Shown: piece after piece, positions 10,674 to 22,300 of the stretch
How positions within the stretch are numbered: the first letter of the stretch is position 1
How the letters are laid out: every line of letters begins with the position of its first letter
Notes under the pieces: generated by a model
The model's database searches: none
Seen by the model: the letters and a program-made list of their open reading frames with translations, nothing else
Told to the model about the DNA's origin: nothing
NCBI GenBank assembly: GCA_965644315.1
Contig: CBFFRQ010000028.1
Coordinates: forward strand, 1 to 64,000
DNA length: 64,000 bases
Source of the DNA: Caecitellus pseudoparvulus
Lineage: Eukaryota > Protista > Bigyra: Bicosoecida
Direction: 5' to 3'
Translations under genes and position numbers: made by a program

Positions 10674-12380
10674 CTCATGCCATGGTCATTCAGCACTGGG
10701 TCCCTCCTCCACCGCCAGCAGCTTGGTCAGCGACCAGTCCGCACTGCGAGTAGGCCGAGACAACAGCAGCGGCGAGCTTCACCGGCAGCAGCGGGGCCAG
10801 GGAACGCAAGCCCTCACACTTCACATTCAACAGTGTTTCTACGGTGTTAACATGCAAATCACGGCAGCCGCCCCCACCTCGCGTCAGGCTCACAAATATC
10901 TCCCGTGCAAGACACTGCACCTACATCCGATTTCCGCAGCTCAGCTGCCAGCTCTGCACTGCCCCCGGGCGTCCTGCCGCTGGATTACAGCGGCAAGGCG
11001 AATTATTTCACTTTGACATATGCATGATAGATTTCAATGATGGCCACTCAGGGCTCCCATTCCTGCCCCTTTCGCTGCCAGGCTGCAGAACGAGTTTGAC
11101 TGGCTCTGCTCACGGCAGCGCAAACCAACGCAAGGCGCTGCTGTCTACGATGGCATGGCTGCCCAGGTGCAGGGACTGCACATCACACCATGGCATGCTT
11201 GGCAGTATTGGGTTGCCTCCAGACTTGTTTGTTCAATGGAATCCAATGACGGCACGGCCATGACCTGCCCAGGCAAGGCTCACACCTGTCAAGCATCGAA
11301 GGCCAAGCCTGGCAAACTGTGTGGCGGGGTGAGCATGAAGCAAGACATCTGACCTTCACAGATGCTCCCCAAGGCTGGGGGTCGATTTGCTAATGTCAAC
11401 CGCAGTGCTCCACACGCTGGCGATGCTGCTTGCCCAGCTTTGAACGATCTGAAACGTAATGCACATGAGAACAGTGTCTGTCTGGAACACGCCCACATGC
11501 TGGACCAAGGCCCGGTATATGCAGATGAGGCTCAGAAGACTTTTGCTGGGCCCTTGCGGCAAAAGTTGCTCCCGAATTCTGGGGGTGCCGCAGACGGCAA
11601 AAGTTTCTACTGGCCCCACGAGGTGGTCGCCGCACCTCCCGGATGGACGAAAGTCCTGAAAACGTGCATCCGGTACTGTGGGGCCGTGTTTGATCACGTG
11701 GTAGAAGCTCAACTTCAGGGCGCAGGCGTGGAACGCGGGCAGCCCGCCGCGGACCTCGCGCGGCGGGCCCGCTACACGGCCGCCACGCCTGCCGCCTGGA
11801 CCATGCCGAGCCACCTCGCTCCTGGGCGAGATGGCGCAGCAGAGGAGGAAGAAAGTGAGTGATAAAAGCTTGCTTTGGGTTGATAGTGCATTCCAAGATG
11901 TTATTCTGAAATTCCCAGTGTCGTAACGCGCGGCGGGGCCGTTTTGGGTCGCGGGGTGGCGCGGTGTGCGCGGGGTCGCCGCGGCGCCCCCAGCACGCCA
12001 AGGCCGAAACCCGCGCCCAACTCACCCAACTGGCGCCGAACGCCTGAATGACGACGACCAACATTAAACTACCATGTTCTTGATGGAACCTACTCATTTC
12101 ACACGGTGACCCACCATGTTTCGTGCAAGATATGTGCGCGACGCAAGCGAGCGCCGCAGCCCGCTTCTTTCGAGGAGCAAGTGTGAGGTGAGTGTGGTTG
12201 AAAACAAGAGGCTGTGATGCATTGAACTTCCTAACCTAGCCTCAGATCGGTTGAAACTCGCGTCCACAGCTCGATCGTCTCAGATTGCGGGAAGTTCCTT
12301 CACCTCAAGGGTGCTCGGTGACTCAAGCCATCCTTGGCGCAGAGAACCGGCAGGAGACATTCAGCTACAAGCGTCGCACC

Positions 12381-15300
12381 TCAGTGCACAGCGTTTCGTT
12401 TTCTGGCTGCCACTGCACGCCTGCGAAGGGTCAGTTGTTGCGCCGCTCTTTGTGCATCATCGGCACACAGCACTTGGACTGAAGCCCCTTGGGCTGTTGA
12501 CTCCTGCACGCGGGAGCTTGGCGCATACGCCCCCGCGCCAATGAAGGGTACTGGCAGTCCCTCCAAGAACCGATCCAGAGCAAGTCGAAATATGCCGGGG
12601 GACGAGTCTCGCAGGGGCTTGGAGAAGAGAGACACAAGCGTAACTGCAAAGAGGATGCGGAAAGGCACGAGGCACAGCACGATTGCCCCGACAACACATA
12701 TGAACATGAACAAGCGAGTCCGCTGAGGGTCCCTCCAGCACAAGAGTGCTCGCACCCTTTGCAAGAAGTCCATGTGGATGTGGAGTTGAAGCTTGATGCG
12801 CCCCAAGCTGGACTGCAGCGCTTTCCAGCGGCCAATCAAGGAAGTCTGTTTGATGGCTTCGCGGTGCAGGCTCAGCGCCCCGTGCAGCCAGTCAACATAG
12901 TCTGGCGGGAGGGACTTGTGCGCGAGGATGGCAAAGGCGAGGATGAACAACGAGATAGGGGCCAGAAAGTGCAGTACATCCCACCACGCCAGCAACAGCA
13001 AGAACATGAGAACGGTCGCGCTGAGTGTGGGCGACTCCCAGGCGAGAGTGTAGCGAACCAAGGCTCTGACAGTCTGCACTGGAAGCAGTACCTCTTGCTG
13101 CAGACGGCGGATGGTGGAGGCGGCACTGGCCACGTCCACGGTTCTGGAGTCCGCCTGGCGGACCAAGCGCACTTCTGGCGACTTGGAGATGAATGCAAGC
13201 GTTCGTCTAAGCCACGGGGGATGTGCCGTATCGCGCAAGTGCAGCACAGCTTGCCGGGACAGCGCGTCCAAGGGCAGGTTCTGCCATGCATACCCGTCGC
13301 TGAGGACCTGGGAGAGCGGGGCAGTCTCCTTCTCAAGCCTCGAATGTTCTTTCCCTGGTCCTGTGGGTTGCAGCACGGTAGAGGGCTCACTGGCATGAAA
13401 CGGGGGTGGCGTGCTCCACGTTGCCGGCACTGAGCACACTATGTGGCTTCTAGATGACGATCCTCGTGAATAACCCGCCATGGATGCCGTGCCGCGCAGT
13501 TGTGGCTGATTCAAGGCCTGAGAACAGAACAGCAGCCCTCCATGGAGCCGGCCCGTCGCCTTGAGCAGAGCCCGCGTTCGAATGAGGTTAATTGCTGCGC
13601 TTGAAACCAGGCGCAACGCAGCAGTCTCATCTTCAGAGAATGGCCGCGCTAGCCGGTTCTTCAGCCAAGCCAGCTGCGTGCGGGGCTGAAGCTCTTGACC
13701 TGAGCCCCATCGAACAAGCAGTGTGCTTCCACGCTCCACCAGGTCGCCCCACAGTGCGGATGCACGAATGCCCAGCCGAGAGCTTAGAATGTACCCAGCA
13801 CGGAGCTCCTCCAGGGCTTCCCGAACAACACGGCGACGTCCACCGACACGCTCTTCACCTTGTCCCAAAACTATGTCTTTTGCGTGGCTGAAAGACAAAG
13901 TGACGCTCGGATCTATTGTGCCAGGGAGTGTCACTTGGATGCCGCTGAAGGCTCCATTGTATGCCTGCGAAAAGGGAATGCACTGAAGCAAGTCCCACAC
14001 CGCGCGAATGGAGCTGAGTGCCAAGGACATTCTACCATCCAGGGCTTGGACAGATTGCGTCGCTGATGCCGACTGAGCCGAGCCAGACCACGTCGTGACA
14101 ACAGACCTGGCGCCAGTGATGCGGTGTGCAAATACCTGCTGAGGGGCCCGGCCACCCCCTTGAGCGCTGGCTGCCATTTCGAGCTGGATACCCCGCTGCT
14201 CGTCCAAGGTTTGCCCGGCGATCTGCGAGTGTAAGGGGCTCTCCAGGGGGAATCCACGTGGATCGCGCATGGAATAGTAGTCGTCAAGAAAGCCCTCGAT
14301 GTGCAGCTTCCACTGGAAGGCATGCAGGGTTCGAGCTTGCGCTGCAGTTGGCGCAGCAAGGACTTGGGCCAGAGTGAAAGCAATCTTCAAAGTGCTCGGT
14401 GCCGATGCATCATCTTGCGCTGCATCGGGGCATACACGCCTGACATCACACTGGGACAGGTGCAGGCCATTGTCAACAAATCCTCCAAGGCCAATGGCTG
14501 TGTGGCAGTACTCCATGGCGCCCAGTCTGTGAATGGGCAAGATCAGCACCTCGTTGGGGGATGTTTTGAAGTACACACCACGACTGCTCAGCATGAGACT
14601 GCCTTGCACCTGGACACTGACTTGCCTGTGCTTGATGAAAGCACGCCCGACGCCGGTGTCGAGCAGCAGCAGTAGCTCCTCGTCAATCGGAGGCAATTGC
14701 GCAGATTCTTCGGAATTGCCTTGGTGAAACGCATGCAGCCTGTCCTGCTCCTCTGTGCTGTCCCCGAAGCTATCTGCAGTGTCTGTGTCTGCAGATGTGA
14801 AGGCCCCACTGTCCCCCTCTCCAGGGGGTGGGATGAGCGCAAGGTACTTGCGCTGCTTCGATGTCATGCGCGGTGCCGCTGCTTCAGACGAAGCATGACC
14901 TTTTGAATGCCCTTGCTCATCCGCAGAGGCACCGAAGACGGAGTGCAGCTCTTTCTGCAGCGCTGGGGCCGCATCTGCGGAGCGCGGTCCATGCTGCAGG
15001 GCCTTCTGTTCAGCAGTGCTGCCTGTTGCTGCCTTGGCAGTCTCTTCAGCATGCCGCCGAGCAAATTTGAACGCCCTGGCCACTCGTCGACGGTGCCTGG
15101 CCCACTGGCGAAACGTGCGGCCACTTGGAGGACGCTTCACTTCGACTGGTCCGAGCCTTAGCTTGCTTGAGGAAGGGCGATGTCCAGGCAATGTCGCGGG
15201 AGATACGAGAGTGGGCCTGTGCCGGTTGTTTGCCCGAGTCGCAGGTATGCGAGGTGCGGGCGCAAACAGCGAGGGCCACAGTTTCGCCACGGTGCCGGAC

Positions 15301-18300
15301 GCATTCTTTTCGAGCCAAGAGCGCAGTTGATCGCAAGCTGATGCGGTGCTGCTTGGCAGCGAAGCTAAAACCGACGCCATGGTGCGTTTGGGGGGGAGTT
15401 GCGACAGGTATGAGTGCGGGGGAGCTGACAACACACTCCAGCTGTGCGGGGACTCGAGCAAGGGGAGTCCGTCGCGCAGCTGCTCGCTCAGCTGCTCGCC
15501 TGTAGGCATCCCCATCAGCTCCGGGAGCAAGCGTCCTGGGCTTGGTAATGGTGGGAGCTGCTGCACCGGAGCTGATGCCTTGACTGTCAGCACCAGGTCG
15601 CTGAACTCTTCCAGCTTCACCAGCACCTCATTCGGGTCCAGCTGCAGCTGAGACTTGACAGTTTCCCAAGCAAGGCGGCGATGCACGGCGCCTGGGCGCA
15701 AGGCATGAATGTAACGTTCAAATTGCTCAAAGGCTAGGACCCGCTCTGTGACTTGCATGACGTTGTCAGCTTCTCGGCGCAGCTGGAGAGTGACAGGCAC
15801 AGTGTCCTCCACAAGCGCATCAAACACCCCTCCTGCCGAGAAAGCATCGCCCAGCACTTCAAAGAATGTCCCACAAAGCGTAACAAAGTGGTGCCTGCGT
15901 AGGATCCCGTTCTTGCATGCGGCACGCACAGCCTTGGGTGGAAGCGTGCCCCAATCGGCGCCCTCTGGGACAGCAACGGGATCCAGTGCTGCAGGGGACG
16001 CTCCGCCAGCCACAGCACCAGCGCCATGAAGCGTCGAAGAATCCAGGGCTTGTGAGGCAGCGATAAGAATCGCAAATGCTGCTTCAGGGTCGTCAAAGTA
16101 CAGGGAAGGCTGCGCTTGTGCCTGGGACAATACAGCAAACAGCTGTGGGGGAAGGGCACTTTGCAGCACCTGCTTCACTTGCTCGAGTGACGAATGGGCA
16201 GGGGCTGCCCCTTTAGCTTCAGGGTGGCGGAGGTTTTGCAGGTGCACACCTTGCTTTGTAGCCTCAGCACCCTCGGGAAGCATGGTGGACTGCCCTCCCC
16301 CTACCCAACCTTGCTGCTGCAAGGATGATAAAAGTGCGCTGCGGGATGTCGTCCCGATGAGCAAGGTTCCAAGCCGATCAACCGCGCCGAGCACCGCTTC
16401 GGAGTTGTGGCGGGCAAGCTTCCAAACTCTGTCCGGGGCCAAGCACACGAGGTGCGCAGTGGGGTGCAGCTTCGAGTACGTTGCCCCAGACAGCACGCTG
16501 GGCGGAGTTTCACTCAGACGTGCAATGCTCTCCAAGACGACGTTTCGGGTGCCTCCCAAGTCTCGTCCGGGTGGCGCCGCGGACGCTGTACGGTAGGCAT
16601 CCTCGACGGACGCCCACCGAAGGGTTGGAAGCCCACTCGCCTGAACTGCTTCATGCCTAGCGTGCGCCCGTTCAGCATGAGATGTAGCGGTCGTGGAGGG
16701 TCTGTCACTGTGAGGTCCATGCTGAGAGGTGCGGGCACCTTGGTTTCGCGATCCTGACGCGGAGCGCAGCCAAACATTCGACACTGCGGGGGTAGATGCC
16801 TCCATCAGCGCCATCCCATGTTCAGATGCCTGCAACACATCTTCACCATTCGCGCGTGCATGCCTGATTTCCACGTGTGGCCCATACTGAGGACGATCTG
16901 TCGTCGTCGAGCGGCCATGGACAGCGCCAGCGAGAGCCCGAGTGCTTCGCAGGGATTCGGCCAGCGAGCTTGGCTGCATGTGAAGCGGAATTTCGGACGG
17001 CATGTACGGGCCACTTGCACTGCTAGACATTTGCGCATCTGTTTGCATCAATCGCAGCATTTTCCCCAGGGCTCGCAACCACGCCCGTTGGTTTGCTGGG
17101 GTGCCTGCTCCCACCACCACCGTGCGTGGCAGTTGGCCCAGCGACCGAAGGATGAACACACAGCGCTGCCGCACAGCTGAGAGACCTAGACGTGAGAGTT
17201 CAGACACGTGCACAGGATCTGTGATGAGCTCTGTGTGGTTCAGACAGATGCCGCCTCGTGGGCGCCAAGGATAAGACTCTCCTGAGCCTGCCTCGCTCGC
17301 AAACCACTGCAGTGAGCCGTCTGACCCCAGCTTGAACTTGCACACGGACCAAGACTTTCCAAGCAACTTGCTCTTCCACAAGTAAAGATTGCCCTCCAAC
17401 ACACACCGGCAGCCGGCCGAGCCACTAGCCTGAAGAGCGATCTCACTAGGCATTCGAAGAGCTGCCAGGGCGGGCAAGAGGCTCTCAGGTGTTGCTGTGG
17501 CACCCTCGAACTGCATCTGCACACTATACAGCGCCCTACATGGTGCCGTATGAGGCAAGGCTACCTGGTGCTCCGCAGAAGCGGTGCCTCCTTCGCGTAA
17601 AGCTGATGCTGCCACTGCTGAAACCGCAGCTGCTGTGTCGGCTGCGAGGCTGGCATGGCTTGCAGGCAGGCACATGAGAGAGGGCGCCACCCGCCAATCT
17701 GCAGCCCAGTCCCCATTTTTTGCCTTTCGTAGGCCTGCTGCATGAGTGAGGGCGTCATGGGCCGTCGTGATCGCCACTTGGAAGCCAATTGAGTTTGTGT
17801 CAGGCATGGGCGTGTCACCCAGGACTTCGAGGACAGGGTCAGACGAGGCCAGACTGAGGCTGCTGCTGTGCATGACGACCCGGAAGCCTGCTGCTTTGTC
17901 TTTTACGAGCGAGAGGCACACCCAGCCAGAGAGCAGCGGTGGGCTGCTTGCTGTGTCATCGCAGACCAACTTCACGCTGCCACGACCCCGCCACAGCTGC
18001 ACTGGCCAGGGGGGCGGAACAGGGAGCAGCAGCTTGGGAGATCGCTGGAATTTTACTCGCACCGGTCTCGGGGCATTTTGAAGGGCTTGGATCGGGTCAC
18101 GGTACTCAAGGGGGCTCCCTCGCGCCGGCACCACTTCAGCCAGGACCGAGCCCAGAGACACGCCAAGCAGCGCTGCCTGGCCGCTTTCCCCCGAGGGAGT
18201 TGCGACGAACCGCACGACCATGAGGAAGCCATGCACGTCCTCGAGAGCCAGTCCGAGAGGGCCGTCTGAAAATGTCACGAAGTAGTCCAGCACGCCGTCT

Positions 18301-18305
18301 GCCAT
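12381..18305 (-). CDS. 1974-aa protein with PH domain, GRAM-like domain and C-terminal PRT_C (MCTP-type) membrane region
   Basis: PH-like LEGNLYLWKSKLLGKSW…QRAWLRAL, GRAM-like QGSLMLSSRGVYF, and C-terminal LAWESPTLS…LLCWRDPQRTRLF with hydrophobic hairpins. Single long ORF. Confidence 0.8.
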   Translation of the reverse strand: MADGVLDYFVTFSDGPLGLALEDVHGFLMVVRFVATPSGESGQAALLGVSLGSVLAEVVPARGSPLEYRDPIQALQNAPRPVRVKFQRSPKLLLPVPPPWPVQLWRGRGSVKLVCDDTASSPPLLSGWVCLSLVKDKAAGFRVVMHSSSLSLASSDPVLEVLGDTPMPDTNSIGFQVAITTAHDALTHAAGLRKAKNGDWAADWRVAPSLMCLPASHASLAADTAAAVSAVAASALREGGTASAEHQVALPHTAPCRALYSVQMQFEGATATPESLLPALAALRMPSEIALQASGSAGCRCVLEGNLYLWKSKLLGKSWSVCKFKLGSDGSLQWFASEAGSGESYPWRPRGGICLNHTELITDPVHVSELSRLGLSAVRQRCVFILRSLGQLPRTVVVGAGTPANQRAWLRALGKMLRLMQTDAQMSSSASGPYMPSEIPLHMQPSSLAESLRSTRALAGAVHGRSTTTDRPQYGPHVEIRHARANGEDVLQASEHGMALMEASTPAVSNVWLRSASGSRNQGARTSQHGPHSDRPSTTATSHAERAHARHEAVQASGLPTLRWASVEDAYRTASAAPPGRDLGGTRNVVLESIARLSETPPSVLSGATYSKLHPTAHLVCLAPDRVWKLARHNSEAVLGAVDRLGTLLIGTTSRSALLSSLQQQGWVGGGQSTMLPEGAEATKQGVHLQNLRHPEAKGAAPAHSSLEQVKQVLQSALPPQLFAVLSQAQAQPSLYFDDPEAAFAILIAASQALDSSTLHGAGAVAGGASPAALDPVAVPEGADWGTLPPKAVRAACKNGILRRHHFVTLCGTFFEVLGDAFSAGGVFDALVEDTVPVTLQLRREADNVMQVTERVLAFEQFERYIHALRPGAVHRRLAWETVKSQLQLDPNEVLVKLEEFSDLVLTVKASAPVQQLPPLPSPGRLLPELMGMPTGEQLSEQLRDGLPLLESPHSWSVLSAPPHSYLSQLPPKRTMASVLASLPSSTASACDQLRSWLEKNASGTVAKLWPSLFAPAPRIPATRANNRHRPTLVSPATLPGHRPSSSKLRLGPVEVKRPPSGRTFRQWARHRRRVARAFKFARRHAEETAKAATGSTAEQKALQHGPRSADAAPALQKELHSVFGASADEQGHSKGHASSEAAAPRMTSKQRKYLALIPPPGEGDSGAFTSADTDTADSFGDSTEEQDRLHAFHQGNSEESAQLPPIDEELLLLLDTGVGRAFIKHRQVSVQVQGSLMLSSRGVYFKTSPNEVLILPIHRLGAMEYCHTAIGLGGFVDNGLHLSQCDVRRVCPDAAQDDASAPSTLKIAFTLAQVLAAPTAAQARTLHAFQWKLHIEGFLDDYYSMRDPRGFPLESPLHSQIAGQTLDEQRGIQLEMAASAQGGGRAPQQVFAHRITGARSVVTTWSGSAQSASATQSVQALDGRMSLALSSIRAVWDLLQCIPFSQAYNGAFSGIQVTLPGTIDPSVTLSFSHAKDIVLGQGEERVGGRRRVVREALEELRAGYILSSRLGIRASALWGDLVERGSTLLVRWGSGQELQPRTQLAWLKNRLARPFSEDETAALRLVSSAAINLIRTRALLKATGRLHGGLLFCSQALNQPQLRGTASMAGYSRGSSSRSHIVCSVPATWSTPPPFHASEPSTVLQPTGPGKEHSRLEKETAPLSQVLSDGYAWQNLPLDALSRQAVLHLRDTAHPPWLRRTLAFISKSPEVRLVRQADSRTVDVASAASTIRRLQQEVLLPVQTVRALVRYTLAWESPTLSATVLMFLLLLAWWDVLHFLAPISLFILAFAILAHKSLPPDYVDWLHGALSLHREAIKQTSLIGRWKALQSSLGRIKLQLHIHMDFLQRVRALLCWRDPQRTRLFMFICVVGAIVLCLVPFRILFAVTLVSLFSKPLRDSSPGIFRLALDRFLEGLPVPFIGAGAYAPSSRVQESTAQGASVQVLCADDAQRAAQQLTLRRRAVAARKRNAVH

Positions 18306-18631
18306 GACGAAACGCTGTCAAAACGCCGCGCTGATGCAGCCTCTGCCATGTGGGACCAGTGCCGGCACTGCAAAACATCGCTGCATGGAAATTAGGTTTT
18401 ATTTCATTTTTTGTTCGGCTCCTGGCTCTGTCGGGGACGTGTGGCCACTTCGGCACTCCGTCCCATGCACCAAGATCTGCCCTTTCAGGATCCTGAAGCA
18501 GCAAGTTCAATGGATGGCGCACTTCACAACGGCTCGGACGCATGCAGCAAAAATTGCGGTCATTCTCCCTTCGCTCCATGATCGCAGCGCTGTTCAAAGC
18601 CATGCAGGCATGCCCAGGGCCTGTCCGCAAC

Positions 18632-19114
18632 TCAGCGCTCGCTGCCACTGGAACTTTGCAAAGGGGACCTCTCAACGCCACTCTCCAACAACGTCAGCAT
18701 GTGGCCATCTGGTGATCGGATCACTGCAAGCCGTCCTTCGGGGCTGTACTGGATGGCACCGTCCATGACGGCACCCGCTGGCATGCACGCTGCCATGCAC
18801 GAGTCAAGGTCCTCCACGTGTAGCGAGATGATGGGCGTGCTACCGCCGATACAGTCAGTGGCCTTGGCAGGGTCACCGGCCCTGAGGATCAGGGGAATGG
18901 AGCAGCCGGTCTCTGCAACATGGCACCAGGAGGCAAGGGGTGTCAAAGTGCGCAAGCTCTTCAGGCCAGCGCCGCACAACCGCGCACCAAAGGAAACGAG
19001 TGAATCTTCCAGCTGAGCTGCAGCCTTCAGACCCAACCCTGTGTAAAAGGCTTTTGAAGCCGTGACGTCCCGCACCATCAACACGATTGGCCCCAGCGTT
19101 GTCTGCCGTGCCAT
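18632..19114 (-). CDS. Glyoxalase/VOC-family protein
   Basis: LMVRDVTASKAFY…LGL and AVIRSPDGHMLTL motifs. Probable in-frame GT-AG intron 18913-18987. Confidence 0.8.
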   Translation of the reverse strand: MARQTTLGPIVLMVRDVTASKAFYTGLGLKAAAQLEDSLVSFGARLCGAGLKSLRTLTPLASWCHVAETGCSIPLILRAGDPAKATDCIGGSTPIISLHVEDLDSCMAACMPAGAVMDGAIQYSPEGRLAVIRSPDGHMLTLLESGVERSPLQSSSGSER

Positions 19115-19340
19115 GCTGCGGAAACTGGTCGGACTGCGAAACTCTTCGAGGTCTAGACCACGGAAAGGAAGGGCGCGGGTGCACATCAGCAGGTGCATTG
19201 CGGGGGATTTCACCCCAATCGAGCAGGCTGCGAGCTTGCTCACGAGGGCATTGTTTTGTGGCGGGTCCCGGAGCGACTTCCACTGCTGAGAAGTGCAGCG
19301 TCCTTGCATACGCTCAATACATGCCATTCGCTGGATAGTG

Positions 19341-22300
19341 TCAGGCTTCCCCTGCCTCTTCGTGATCAGGATGCGGCGTCATGAACGACAGCCCCTCTCC
19401 AAATTGTGCCTTGTCCATGATCCTGCAGCTCGGCGCCATGTCCTGGACACCGGCGGGGTGACCACCCTCTCCTTCCGCTCCCCGTCCCTCCCCATCACTC
19501 TCGACGTGCAGCGTGTGTTTGCGGTGGACTTTGTCATCAGATGCAATGTCAAGTTTTCGCATGGATAAGGCCACTTGGTTGGGGTCAATGGTGCAGTGCT
19601 GGCGGCAGAGGGCGGAGACCGCCTCCTGAGCTTGGGCTGCGAGAGCCTGCTTCTCAGCCACACTCGCTTCCGCTGACTGGGAAAAGTGGTCAGCATGCTT
19701 CGGGTCAATGACGAGCAGGCGTGTCCCACGGCTGAACCACCTGAGCTGCGAGGTGTCTTCTGGCACGTCAAGGAACGCGAAGGCCTTGCGCAGGACCTTG
19801 AACTGGGCATCTTGCAACTCCGGCAGCCCATCGTCGCCATGTTGGTGCTTGGCGTGATAGTCTTCGTCAAAACCATCCGCCGAGGCCTCTGTGCTGGACT
19901 CTGTGTTCAACGCAAATGCGGACTCCTTCCGAGCAAGCTTGAGTTTCACGGCAGTCAGGGCTGTTTTTTCATGCAGCGGCTGCAGCTCTGCGCCTGTGAG
20001 GAGAATGACTCGGTGGCGAAGCTTCAGTGGGTGCTTAGGCTCTGGGCGCAGGAACCTGGCATTCTCCATCATGGCGCGTACTGTCGAGCTCTTCAGCTGC
20101 AGGCCAAGCTGTGCAGCTAGCAAGGACTCGGCCACGACTCCCGCTGCCATGCGGCACAACACAGACTCCAGCATGCTTGACTTGCGCACGGGCACACGCG
20201 GGTCTGGGTTCGGTTTGGACCTCAAGAGCTTGTACACGTCCTGTGCAGCCAGCTGCACTGCGACCACGGGACCTGTTGCAACGGCTGTGATGTAGTGGGC
20301 GGACCCCGTCAGCATGGGCAGCAGGCCAACAACCGCGCCGGACCCGACGCTGTCCACAGTCTTGGACACGCCCATGCTGCGCGAAGCAGCAGCCTTGTCG
20401 TCGCCGGTCACAACACCTACCTGCACTCGCCTGCGGATGTCCACCGTGCCTCTGACGACGATAAAGCACGCAGTGGACTTGACGCCCTGTTTGACCAGTA
20501 CATCCCCCTCGGAGAAGAGCTGCCGCCGCGAAGCCTTGTACAGGCGTTGGAAGGTGCTCTCGTCCAGCTGGTTCAAGTACCCGACTTGCTGTAGCAATTG
20601 GGCTTCACTGGGCACGCAGGCATGCACACGCGCTCGCCTCCAGGCGGCATGTACTCGCTGCACGATTGAGGCGTGCTCCTTGTCGTCAATTTCCCCATGA
20701 TGCAGCAGATGCTCTGCCCTGTGCACCATGTTATGCATCAGCGCCCGGATAGCGTGCTTTGTCTTCACAGCCCCTGCAAGTTCGGGTAGGGCCATCTCCA
20801 GAGCAGACAGGTACTGCCTCCCTTGCACGACTTGGGAAGAGGATTCTTCGATAAGCTTGTGGGCGACCGCAGGGCGGCTGACGATGCTCCGAAAGAAACG
20901 GTGCACTGCCCTATGCCCTTCGATGAAGCCAAAGACCAGCTCAAAATCGAAGTACAGGGTGTCGACTTGCCACCAATTCCGAACGGCGGGGCAGGTAGCT
21001 GAGAGGCAGGCACCAAGGCGGCGCAGGGCGCCCTTTTCGACGATGGTGCTGATCACTTCAAAGTCGCACAGTTCGTGCTCAACGTGGTCTTGGCATTCTG
21101 ACGCTGCCTCAACCAGCTGCCTGGCAGCGGAGTCAGAGATCATGCCGCTGCTGTGCAAAGCCCAGTACTCCGCCTTGAGCAGTGCAAGGAACCGGAAGCG
21201 GGCTTCCCGCACCAGCTCTTCCCCAACAAGCTCCTGCAGCGCGGAAAAGTCAAGGTCACGCGCAGACGTGTACTCTCCCGTAGATACGCGACCCGCCTTC
21301 TCTGCTGCATCCCCAGTCGGCGCAGCAGCGCCACCAGCACCAGTTGACGGGCTCTTCTCGGCTTCAACCTCCGGCGACTCAGAGGATGAACCTAGCCTGT
21401 CGGACGAAGTGCTGCGTGTGTCGCTGGGCTGGCTTTCCGAAGCCTTCAAACTGTGGCTCCCTCCATCTGTGGTTGTACTTTCCGGGCTATCAGACAGAGA
21501 TGCACTCTCCCTAGTCTCCGCGCTGGCCGCAGCCCCCGACGCACCCCCACCTTGCTGCTCAGCAGCGTGCCGCTGGCTTGACTCGGTGGAAGAGCTGTCG
21601 CTCATTGAGACAACGAGGCCGTCTTCCAGCGCATGCCCGTGGTCCGGACTGGGCTGGGCTGGTCCTAGGTCCTTCCGCAGCTGCCCAGAGCCAGCGGAGC
21701 AACCACAGCGAGACATGCGACACCACAGGGACAGGTTGATTGGCGAGCAGGGGCAGCCGGCGCTCCCCTGCGCCCCCACGGCACTGTTCAGCAACTTGCG
21801 TTGGCGGACAATTTCCAGCTCGTCGTACAGCTCGTCGAAAATTCCCCCGAGGAAGCTGTGCACCGTGTCCCAATCGGTGCTCGCGAAAAGCACATCATTG
21901 CGCAGCTCTTGCTCCCGCGCATGCGTATGCGCCTCGATGTGGTGCAGCGCCGTTACGAACATAACTTCACTGGAGTGCCCACGCTTCACCATGCCCAAGT
22001 ACCGCAGCAACATTCCAGTGGTGGAACCGTTGATGATGAGTGTCAGCGCTGCAATACCAGCCATGTGGAAGAGGAAGCGTGCTGCAGTGCGCGGGTCCTC
22101 GGTGCCCTCGTCCACGAACAGGGCCAGCACGAGCCCAACTGCGCCACGCAAACCGGCCCATGACATGACCAGCACATCGTTTCGCTGGATGCCGTACCCA
22201 AAGCTCTGCAGCACAGGGAAGAGCAGGCCCAGTGTGGTCAGGCGGATGGCGTTCAGGATGATGTAGAGTGCCACCAGCCAGCCCCAGTCTGCGGCAGTGA

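Noticed and set aside
20728-22266. Long antisense ORFs (also 28419-31139 and 44159-46387)
   Set aside because: Shadow frames of well-supported genes, expected with high GC3. No protein motifs.
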